IMG/VR virus record: IMGVR_UViG_3300016457_001310
Location: 1-24,210 of that record
Strand: one strand, 5' to 3'
DNA: 24,210 bases
Positions within the stretch are counted from its first letter, which is position 1. Each line of letters begins with the position of its first letter. The notes beneath the pieces were generated by a model. That model made no database searches. It was not told the origin of the DNA and worked only from the letters and a program-made list of their open reading frames with translations. Below, piece by piece: positions 7,414 through 16,900 of the stretch. The position numbers and the translations under genes are program-made.

Positions 7414-8127
7414 CTAATGCTGTACCAAGCCAAGCGCCTTCACTACCCAGTAAACGACCTCAGATGCCCCCCTAGGCGGCTCGTCAAAGTTGGTGATAGC
7501 CGTGGCGTCCCTAATGTGGTAGAGCGCGGGTATAGGAGTGTCCCTAACATCGCTCGTAAAGCCGTGGTCTGACACCACCAGCCACCGCCTAGGCTTGAAC
7601 GTCTCTATCAGGTCGAGAGCCAGCTTGCATGCCAGGTCGTACCACTCTATCGCTGTTCTAAGCGCGTCTATGCTTGGTATGGTGGAGAAGAAGTGGTGAT
7701 GAGGCTGATCGGGTACGGGGTACCAAACGAAGAGGATATCCGCATCCCCGTTAGCCTTTACGTAGCTGTGGTACTTCATCAACACCTCCCTAAACCGCTC
7801 CTTAGGCGGCGAGAAGAAGTCCACCCAGTTAGCAGGCCTCGGAACGCCGTGGTATATCGGTGGCATGCATGCTGGTATATTGATAGCCTTTACCCTCCTA
7901 CCCGTAACGAGATCCCATACCCAGGTCGTTATGGTTCCAGGAACGAACTTCCTTAGCTGGAAGAAGGTTGCCATAACCGTGGGGGTCTCTGGAATCACAT
8001 CGACGTACATCATGCAGCGCTTAGCCCCTGGATAGCTCCAGAGCCTACGTATACTCTCTCCCCACCAACAAAACACATTTGCAAAGACGTAGCTGAGACC
8101 GTCTAGCACCACCACCAGGACATCCAT
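7414..8127 (-). CDS. Alkaline phosphatase superfamily protein (phosphodiesterase/sulfatase/phosphotransferase-like)
   Basis: Metal-binding motifs in canonical order: VVVLDG, Thr nucleophile in ETPT, PDQPHH, VVSDHGF and a late His (LYH). Confidence 0.8.
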   Translation of the reverse strand: MDVLVVVLDGLSYVFANVFCWWGESIRRLWSYPGAKRCMMYVDVIPETPTVMATFFQLRKFVPGTITTWVWDLVTGRRVKAINIPACMPPIYHGVPRPANWVDFFSPPKERFREVLMKYHSYVKANGDADILFVWYPVPDQPHHHFFSTIPSIDALRTAIEWYDLACKLALDLIETFKPRRWLVVSDHGFTSDVRDTPIPALYHIRDATAITNFDEPPRGASEVVYWVVKALGLVQH

Positions 8128-8131
8128 GGTA

Positions 8132-8425
8132 TCACGTCGGAGGCGCCCAGTGCACGCCTAGAATAGCCGCCACGAAGCTGAGGACTATGACCATAACCGT
8201 TATCATCGCGCCGACAAGAAACTTTATCAAGCCGTTGCGTCTCTCGACAAGCTTGTTTATGAGCCGCTTTATCTCGCTGACATCGTTCTCGATGTTATCG
8301 ACTCGTTGCTCTACCCGTGCTAATCTCTCGCGCATATCCATTACCATGAGCATCAGCTCCCTTATTTCCTGGTTGGGTACGGGATCATTTGAAGCCCCAT
8401 ACTGCGAAGTTCCCTCCCTCGACAT
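8132..8425 (-). CDS. Coiled-coil protein with C-terminal TM helix
   Basis: Heptads MRERLARVEQRVDNIENDVSEIKRLI, then hydrophobic LIKFLVGAMITVMVIVLSFVAAILGV. The start may be downstream of 8425 because it overlaps the MTase by 41 nt. Confidence 0.75.
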   Translation of the reverse strand: MSREGTSQYGASNDPVPNQEIRELMLMVMDMRERLARVEQRVDNIENDVSEIKRLINKLVERRNGLIKFLVGAMITVMVIVLSFVAAILGVHWAPPT

Positions 8426-8951
8426 AGCCCACCCCCCGAAAACCTATCCACTCAAGCAAGCGCTTTAGGGTTTTCGGATGAAGTACATGGAAATGCGTCT
8501 CGTCGCTGAGAGCCGTGGGGTCTGAGCACGTAACAGATTGTATCCACACAGCGCCCCCAGGCTTCAGAACGCGGTACACCTCGGTAAGCGCCTTCACGTA
8601 GTCAACGATGTGCTCAAGAACCTCTATCATGATAACGACATCGAAGCGGTTCGCAGGGAACTCCAGAGCCTCGGCATTCATGATCAGGTGCGGGTAGTCC
8701 TTCCTCCGATCTGGGGGCTCCACGATGTCTATACCCCAGTAGTTCCAAGAGTACTGGGGTCTCGGAAAGTTCTCGTGTAGCCAACCCACGAGAAAGCCCT
8801 TGAAGCAACCCACCTCCAGGATATCGAGGTGCCCGCGCTCCTTGAAGAGCCTCTCTAGGAACTCCTTAAGCTCCTTGCGCCTAACCAGTAGGAAGCCCCA
8901 GTAGTGCTTCTTGCCAGCCTCGATCATCGCGCTCTTCAGCTCCATGGTCAC
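8385..8951 (-). CDS. Class I SAM-dependent methyltransferase (small-molecule/glycan type)
   Basis: ILEVGC-KG motif I, WGIDI, NAEALEFPANRFDVV, EVLEHI, EVYRVLKPGG. No DPPY/NPPY or PC motif of DNA methyltransferases. Confidence 0.9.
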   Translation of the reverse strand: MTMELKSAMIEAGKKHYWGFLLVRRKELKEFLERLFKERGHLDILEVGCFKGFLVGWLHENFPRPQYSWNYWGIDIVEPPDRRKDYPHLIMNAEALEFPANRFDVVIMIEVLEHIVDYVKALTEVYRVLKPGGAVWIQSVTCSDPTALSDETHFHVLHPKTLKRLLEWIGFRGVGYVEGGNFAVWGFK

Positions 8952-9349
8952 ACCCTAGCAATGATCCACCAGTTGCCGTCCCGATCCGCTACCAGGATAA
9001 CCGCCTCACCGAACGATGCTAGCTCTATAGACGACGAGTTCTCGACGTACTTGCCGCTGGGCGGCGCTATCGTTACGGTGTTCGTCGAGGTATCGATCTT
9101 CTTAACTATGACCGTCACACCGTTGGCTACGGATGGTAACGTGATCGTTACTGACCCCCCAGACGCATCTACGAGGACAAGCTCGTAGGGGTTGGCGGTG
9201 TAGTTAGCCGTAACCTTAACTATCTTGGATATCCTGACCGCTACCGAAGCCATGTCGTAGAGCTCGTTGAGAGCATCAACAACCGAGTTAGCCCATGTTG
9301 ACGATGCTCTCTGGAGCGGCTTCACGTATAGATTATCGTACTTACCCAT
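8948..9349 (-). CDS. 133-aa fibre-associated protein
   Basis: N-terminal helix PLQRASSTWANSVVDALNELY, then TANYTA...LVDASGGSVTITLP...G-TVIVKKID...NTVTI...W, a beta module common in phage tail fibre proteins. Confidence 0.7.
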   Translation of the reverse strand: MGKYDNLYVKPLQRASSTWANSVVDALNELYDMASVAVRISKIVKVTANYTANPYELVLVDASGGSVTITLPSVANGVTVIVKKIDTSTNTVTIAPPSGKYVENSSSIELASFGEAVILVADRDGNWWIIARV

Positions 9350-9356
9350 AGACGCC

Positions 9357-10703
9357 TCACCCCAGACCCCTCTTCCTCAGGAACCTGGTTCTCTCTCTGA
9401 ACCTAAGAGAGGAGAAGGTTCTTAGATGGGTTCTGACAGCGTTGTACAGCTTCTCAAGCACGCTCCTATCCAAGCCGCTTGAGCTCCACTTGTCTAGCCA
9501 CCAGCTCTTCAGCTCGTCCTCGGACATGGTTCTGAGAGCGCCGTCTCCCCATCTATGCGGAGACGCCATGATCGCGAAGAGCTGTAGAACAGCGGACTTG
9601 TACATCCTCATGGTTACTGGGTCTACCGAGCCAAGCATGTTCCTAACCGTGTTGTAAACAACCCTCTCAAGGAACATCCTCTGCGATACTGGCAGAGCAA
9701 AGGTCTCGACACGCTCGCTAGCCGTCCACTGAGTCCTCTCCTCGTATGTCTGGTAGTTAGCCACAGCAAGGGCTGTAGCATGTATCCTGTTAACGAAGTT
9801 GCGCCACACAGCATCCACCAGCATCGTGACGATCGGTGGCGTGAGCTTGTACGGATGCACAACATCGCACCAGTGGAAGTAGTCCCATGGATACTCGTCC
9901 CAGTAGCCACACGCCTGGAAGTCTATCAGGTCCTCGTACTCGACCTCAACCTCCTGCAAGTCGTAGTTTATGTACGTAACCCTACCCGCGCTACCCTCCT
10001 TAGCCCACAGAGAGAAGTCCCACCATCCGTAGTCCCATGTAAGGGCCTGCTCCTTGACCGAGAAGATCGCTACCAGCCTATTGAAGAGGTTCCTAGCGAG
10101 CTCTGGGTTCATATTCAGGTTCCTAGCGATAGCTTCTACCCTATCCCTAGCCGTCCTCACGTCACCCCTCTTCTTTAGGAAGGCGAACAGCGTCGATTTG
10201 AAGAACTCCCTAACGGCTATCGGGTCGTAGTAGGAGTACCCATACCTAGAGATATCGTAGTAACCCTTCTCGGTTACGGAGGGCTTAAGGGCCTCCGCGA
10301 ACGGCGACTCCATGAACGCCTCCATGAAGTCGACCACGCTGTAGACCGACTTGATCATAATGTCCTCGAACTGCGGGTAGAGCTCCGCTATAACGTCGTC
10401 GATGCTTACCCTCTCAAGCTTTATCAGGACTCCCTTAGCGAACTCCTCGGGTGACGGAAGTTCGACACTCCATAACAGGTTCCATGGCTCTACCTCGCTT
10501 ATCGGTATACCCAGAAGAAAGAGGGATACAAGGGTAGAGAGAAGGGTGTCGCTCACTACCTGATCCGAGTAGTCCCTAAGCCAGTCAAAAATATTGAAAG
10601 ACTGGCTATAGACAGACCACGCTGCATCGTCCGACAGCGCCTTGTACCAGTACTTGCGCTTCTGATCCAGTAGCTTCCACGCCTCCCTGCTCAGAGCACC
10701 CAC
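9357..10703 (-). CDS. 448-aa putative minor structural protein
   Basis: Repeated aromatic-acid motifs GYYDISRYGYSYYDP, TWDYGWWDFSLW and GYWDEYPWDYFHW. Lies just downstream of the giant protein, as the second minor structural gene does in rudiviruses (from recall, not searched). Confidence 0.75.
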   Translation of the reverse strand: MGALSREAWKLLDQKRKYWYKALSDDAAWSVYSQSFNIFDWLRDYSDQVVSDTLLSTLVSLFLLGIPISEVEPWNLLWSVELPSPEEFAKGVLIKLERVSIDDVIAELYPQFEDIMIKSVYSVVDFMEAFMESPFAEALKPSVTEKGYYDISRYGYSYYDPIAVREFFKSTLFAFLKKRGDVRTARDRVEAIARNLNMNPELARNLFNRLVAIFSVKEQALTWDYGWWDFSLWAKEGSAGRVTYINYDLQEVEVEYEDLIDFQACGYWDEYPWDYFHWCDVVHPYKLTPPIVTMLVDAVWRNFVNRIHATALAVANYQTYEERTQWTASERVETFALPVSQRMFLERVVYNTVRNMLGSVDPVTMRMYKSAVLQLFAIMASPHRWGDGALRTMSEDELKSWWLDKWSSSGLDRSVLEKLYNAVRTHLRTFSSLRFRERTRFLRKRGLG

Positions 10704-10705
10704 AG

Positions 10706-10900
10706 CTACCTACCCCTTCGACCACCACGAATGGTCTCCTCAATGCGCTTCCTAACCTCCTCGAACTCCTTCCTAGCCTTCTCTATCCTCTCGTTCAGCT
10801 CCCTAACGCTCTTAGCCAGCTCCTCTATCCTCTTCCTGAGCTCGGGATCCACCTCGAAGCCCAGGTCGGTGCTGGGGCTAGACATGCGCCCTCCCCGCAT
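10706..10900 (-). CDS. Small coiled-coil protein
   Basis: LRKRIEELAKSVRELNERIEKARKEFEEVRKRIEE heptads. Fills the gap between two large genes. Probable start is the ATG at 10885 after GGGGAGGG. Confidence 0.75.
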   Translation of the reverse strand: MRGGRMSSPSTDLGFEVDPELRKRIEELAKSVRELNERIEKARKEFEEVRKRIEETIRGGRRGR

Positions 10901-10909
10901 TACCTATCT

Positions 10910-13900
10910 CTACCTACCGTATATTGTCTGTATGCGTTTCTTCTCAAGCTCCGCACCGTCAACTATCAGCGCTATCTCATCATCGGTGAGACCGTACTTC
11001 TTGAGAGCCTGTAGCTTCTGTATCAGGGTGTTCCTATCTATGATACCGTTGGCGTAGGCGTAGACCAGCCTGTTGCGGTACCACGCTATCTGCCTCCACA
11101 CGATGCGGTTCCTAGCCAGCTTCTTGTAGTACTCTATCTGCTTCTGGTACCTCGCTACGTCTATACCCCTAGCTCTGAGCACATCGCTGAGGATCTGCTC
11201 CCACTCTGGTATGTACCTGGCATCGGCTACGAGCTGGCGGATGGTCGGTACCAGCCAGCTAAGCACCCTGTACTCCTTGCGTAGCTGGAGAGCGAGGCTG
11301 AACACCTCAAGCTCCTTCCCGACCCAGCCGCCCTTCCTCATCCACTCAGCTACCTTGCTAGCGACCTCGCGAGACACCGTGAAGTACTCGTAGAGCCTCC
11401 TGTACTCAGCAACGAGCTGGTTCACCTCGCCCGCTATAGACCTAGCCTCTATGTACCTCAGCCACAGATCGGCAAAGTCCTTGGGAACCCTCCTAAGCTG
11501 TAGCACCCTATCGATTATGGTTCTGGGCACCTCGATGTACTCGACCATGGACGCTATGGTTCCTAGGCTAGGTACGTACTCCCTAGCGGACTCTATGAGT
11601 AGCTCGTAGTATACGCGCTTCTCGATCAGCTCTATCTCCTTCGGGGTGAAGCCGTAGCTCTTAGCGTCGTCGAGGAGCTTCTTCCACTCATCCTCAGAGA
11701 TAACACCGTACCTGAGAGCCCTAGCAGCAACGCTTAGAACCGCCTTGTAGTCGCTCTTAACTGGCCTCACCTGTATGTATTTCAGCCATATATCTATCCA
11801 CTCCTGTGGAACCCTCCTAGCCTCAAGCACCTTCCTAATCAGATCCTCCTTGAGCACGAGATACTCAGCCAGCGTTGCGAGCATCGTCGGTGTCGGTAGG
11901 TAGGCTCTCCTAAGCTCCATAGCCTCGGCAATCTCCTCCTCCAGATCCACGCGCTCCTTGATGAACTCGATCTCCTTGGATGTGAAGCCGTACTGACCGA
12001 GCTTATCTATGAACTCCTCCAGCTCCTTCTTGGTGATAACACCGTACCTGAGAGCCCTTATCTTGACCGAGAGCAACGACTTGACATCGCTCTTAATAGG
12101 CTTAGCCTCTATGTACTTCTTCCAGTAGTCTATCCACTCATCGGCTACCCTATGGTACTTCAGAGCGCTCAGAACCTTGTCCTCGGGCAAGACAATGTAC
12201 TCAGCAAGTGTTGCGAGCTGCGACGGTGTTGGAATCCTAACCTTAGCCTCCTCCAGCTTCTCCTCCAAGTCTATCCTATCCCTAAGTATCTTGATCTCCT
12301 CGTCGGTGAAGCCGTACTCCTTAGCCTTATCGATTATCTCGTCAAGCCTCTTCTTCTCTATGACGTTACGTAGGTAGGCACGGATAGCCACAGATATGTA
12401 CGCCTTGTAGTCGCTCTTCAGCGGCTTTACCTCTATATACTTCTCCCATATCTCCCTCCACTTCTCGGATACGCCATACCTCTTCAGAGCCTCCTCAACG
12501 AGATCCTTGGGTAGCGCTAGGTACTCGGCTAGAACCGCCAGCGTCGATGGAGACGGAATCCTCTCCCTAGCCGCCTGCCTAAGCTCGTCTATCCTCCTCT
12601 CGAAGGCGGCTATAACGTTGTACATCACCCACTCATGAGGCGCTATACCGAACGCCTGGAACACGTCCCTGTTAGCGTCGTAGAACGCAAGCAGCTTCTT
12701 AGCCTCGTCAGCACCCTCGATAACCAGCTCACCGCCCCTCACGGTGAACTTCATAGAGTACTTACTGAGTATATCCACGACCTCGTCGATGCCCATACCC
12801 AGAGCAAGCGCGTTGTATATCCTGGTCCTGAGAAGCGTCAGCTCGTCCTGTATCGGCTTCCTAGCAACGTAGAGCCTCCAGTACTGAAGCTCGTCGCTCG
12901 GCATGTTGAAGTGCTCCAAAGCCTTCAGGCTCGTGCTGATGGCTTCGGGCACGATCTCTAGGAGGGTCGCGTAGGTTGTTAGACCAGGCGTGTACCAGAC
13001 CACGTTGGCGTCTATATACTTCTTGGCGAGATCCTCGGAGAAGCCCAGCTTCTTGAGTTGCTCGATAGCCTCCGAGACGGCTATCCTCCTCGATCTGAGC
13101 AGGTTGATGATCGCCTTAGCCTTGACCTCCCTCTCGAACCTATAGACCATGAACTCCACGGAGAGCTCTATCGCCTCCCTAACGATGGGGTGCTCATGCA
13201 TCTTCTCCACTAGCTTGGATACCCAGCCCTTGGCCTCGTCAATCGTTACATAGCCGTAGCGCAGAGCCCATAACACCGACCACAGCAGGTACCTAGCGTA
13301 GAACCTCGTGCGCTCCCTAGCCTCAAGCTCTATGATCGCCTCGGCATACTTGCTCCAGGCCTCCCAGTAGCCAGTATCTAGCACTAGGGACAGCTCCTTG
13401 CCAGTGAGGCTCTTTACCGTCTGCTTGAAGAACTTCTCGTTTATCGCGCTGACAATATCGGCAATGATCTCCCTAGCCTTGGCTGGATCCACCACGTAGT
13501 AGGCTACGCTGCGTATGATGTACCTATACGCCTCTCTGTAGATATCGAGAGCCCTATCCATAGTTGCCCTGATCTCCAGGAGCTTGGACTCGGCTGGTAG
13601 GAACGCTATCGGGTACTCAACGGTTGCCGATACCCAGTCCCTCTTCTCTAGGTCGAAGTAGCCTACCTCGAACTTAACCGTGAAGAAACCCGAGAGTAGC
13701 TGGTGTAGGTGGTCTAGGCTCCATATACCCTCCTTGTATAGGTTGATGAAGCCAGTTCTGAGCAGTGTGCGCTCCTCGGTTAGGGCGTTTATTGTCTCGG
13801 CTATCGCTACCCACGGTATCCAGTACGGGTGTATACCCGTAGCCTGCAACACCCTACAGAACTGCTTGAGGTCGAAGACTATCTCACCCTTCTTCAGGTA

Positions 13901-16900
13901 CTGGAGGTAGAGATCCGCCATCGGTCTAGCCGACGCAGTGGTGCCCTCGGGTATGAGACTCTTGGTTATCTCGTGGATAGCCTTCTTCAGACCGATGCCG
14001 TATGCAGACCAGTAGTCGAAGAGGCCCCACCTTGTCATCCATCTCAGGTCTATCTTGGTGGGTATGTCAGCCATAAGCTCGATCATTATGGCGTTATCGG
14101 TTGGCCACCCAGGTTGCCACGGAAACCTGGCATAGTCATGCCACTTCATGTAGGTGCTGATCATCTTTTGCAACAAATCATATCTGAAGTTCAGCTCCTT
14201 GGGAGCCACAGCCTTCACAACCGTTGGGTCTAGACCGAAGGTCTTCATTATGTTCTCGTCGACTGGTGCCTCAGGGTTCCACAGCTCACCAGCGATACCC
14301 CTCCAGAAGAACTCTGCTAGCTTCTCTGGCGGTGGGTACCTGTAGTGCAGTAAGTAGAACATGAACGCCACGTCTGGCGTGAAGCCGTGCATAGCCATAA
14401 CTGCCGCAAAGTGCCTTGGATCCTGTATGATGTCCCTCACCATCATCCTAGCTAGCTCGCTCGGGCTCGGTATTGCCCACACCATCGATACTGGGAAGAG
14501 CCTCTCCTTCCTGGTGTATGACGTAAACCTATCCCATATCCTCAGAGCCCCCAGCTCCCTATCGTAGAGCTCGGATACATTGCCGAGTTGCTTAGCGACC
14601 TCCTCAGCGAGCTTGGTATTGAGACCATAGATCCTCTCTATAAAGCCCTTGTAGATACCACCCATCCTGAGCTGGTCTACAAACATCTTGTAGTTGTCCA
14701 TGAGTATCGGTGTCGGTATAGACCTCCTAACCAAGTTGAGAGTGTGCTCCATTGGTGGAAGCTCGACGGTTACGTACTCGGTCAGGTTGTACCTAGTGAT
14801 TGCCCTGGTTGGCTCGGCCCACCATATCATGTGGCCTATGATCATGTACCTCGCTACGTCTGGCATGAACTTCTCGAACTGCGAAACAGCCTTCTCAAGA
14901 ACGTCCTTCAGCTTCAGTCTTATCCTAGCACCGACACCGAGTGGCTCACCACTTATCTCGGTATCTGGTAACGCAGATACCAAGGGCTTCAGTATGAGGC
15001 CAACACCGTAGATGGCGGCCGATATCAGCACGCCAACGTTGAGCAGGTTGTATATGAACCTCACGGGGTTCTTCTTGGCCTCCTCTATCACCTCGCCGAG
15101 CTTCTCGACCATTATCGGTGTGAGCGGTAGTAGTATAGCCTCGATTATGGGGAACCATGGAGACGCAAGTATCTCGTAGAGCGCTGGGCTAGACCTAGCC
15201 ACTATCAGGTTGGTTATAGCCTTCATAGCGTTGCCGATAGCTGTAGCGATATCCTTACCGACCTCTCCAATAACCGAGATAACAGTCATTACAGCTCTGC
15301 CTACCCACGAAGCAAGCGTCTTAAATGCCGAGACAAACCAGTTACCGAGTCCCGTCAGGATGTTCCATAGCCACTGCGCACCCTCGACGATCTTCTGTCC
15401 GATCCACTGTAGAGAGTTCCAAACTGTCGTTACTAGCCTCTCTGGTAGCTGCATAACCGCGTTCACGAAGCCAGTGAGGTAGACACCCACCAGCTTCAGG
15501 TTCTCAGACACCTTGGTAAGAGCCTCGCCTAGCTTCGCGAAGCCCTCGCTTACCAGCGTTCCGAGCTTGGTCAGGTAGTCCCACAGTGATATGCCTACCT
15601 CTCTAAGCGTCCCGAAGACGATCTGCGGAATCCTCTGGATCTCCTCAACAACACCGCTTACCAGCGACGGGAACTGCTCGGTGAAGAACCTAGCCACCGT
15701 CTCCAGTCCGCTCCTAACCATGTCTAGGAACTGGGTGAACGCCTCGGTAATGGGCTTCACAACGTTCTCGCTGATCCACGTGCCTAGACCAGCTACCGCC
15801 TCCTTTACCTGGTCTACGAGGCTCGGAAGCGTCTCGGCTATGAAGCTCCTAACGGTCTCGAACCCCTCGGAGATGAAGCCGATCAGGTTCTCAAGAGCGC
15901 CCCTAAGCGGGGCGAGCACGTTGCTCTGGATGAAGCTCCATATACCCGCTAGGGCGCTCTGGATCTGGCTAACCATGCTAGCGATAGCCGACGATACGCT
16001 TCCGAGACCCTGCTGAACCGCTGATAGGATGCTCTGCACAGCCGATGTTAGAGGCGCGATAACGTTCTGCTGGATCCACGAAGCGATCCCCGCAACAGCA
16101 TCGCGGAGCTGAGCAACGAAACTATTGATGTAGCTCGGCAACTCCTCGGTGAAGAACCTAGATACGGTCTGTAGACCGCTGTTGATGAAGTCTATGAAGC
16201 TCTGGAAAGCCGCTGTTAGGGGTGCTACAACGTTCTCCTGTACCCAGGTAGCTATTCCAGATAGCGTCTGCTGTATAGACGCAATAGCCTGGCTTACGAA
16301 TGCTGGTAGCTCCTCGGTGAAGAACCTGGAGACCGTCTCCAGACCGCTACTAATTAGCTGTATCAACTGGCTAAACGCGTTGCTCAGCGGTGCAACAACG
16401 TTCTCCTGGATCCAGGTGGCTAGCTCACCAACAGCTTGCTGAACCATCGCTGGTATCTGCGACACAAAGCTCGTCACGGTGTCGAGACCGCGTGTAATCG
16501 TCTCTATCAGGTTATTTACAGCGGTTAGCAGGGGTGTGACCACATAGTCGTTTATCAGCGTGCTGATGTCGCTTATCCATTTCTGGAGCTCCGCAAACAT
16601 CTGCGGAACGGTCTCGGTGAAGAACGTCGTTAGCGTCGATATGCCCTGGCTGATCCAGCTCATCAGGTTGTTAATAGCGCTGAACAGCGGGTCGATTATG
16701 TCCTCCTGTATCCAGCTCCATACACCGCTTATCTGGCGACTTAGCCAATCCAGAGCGTTCTCAACCGTGCCTGGTATCTGCTGTAGGAAGCTCCACACCT
16801 GCTCAACGAGGTTCTTGATCGTGTCGAGGAACGGCTTAGCTACCGTGTCCCAGAGCCTGCGACCTATCTCCTCGACCGTCTGAGCAAACCAGGAGGCGAG

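Noticed and set aside
8385-8951. Methyltransferase as a DNA MTase explaining the CCGG bias
   Set aside because: It lacks DNA MTase catalytic motifs and is small. A protective MTase would also relax site avoidance rather than cause it.
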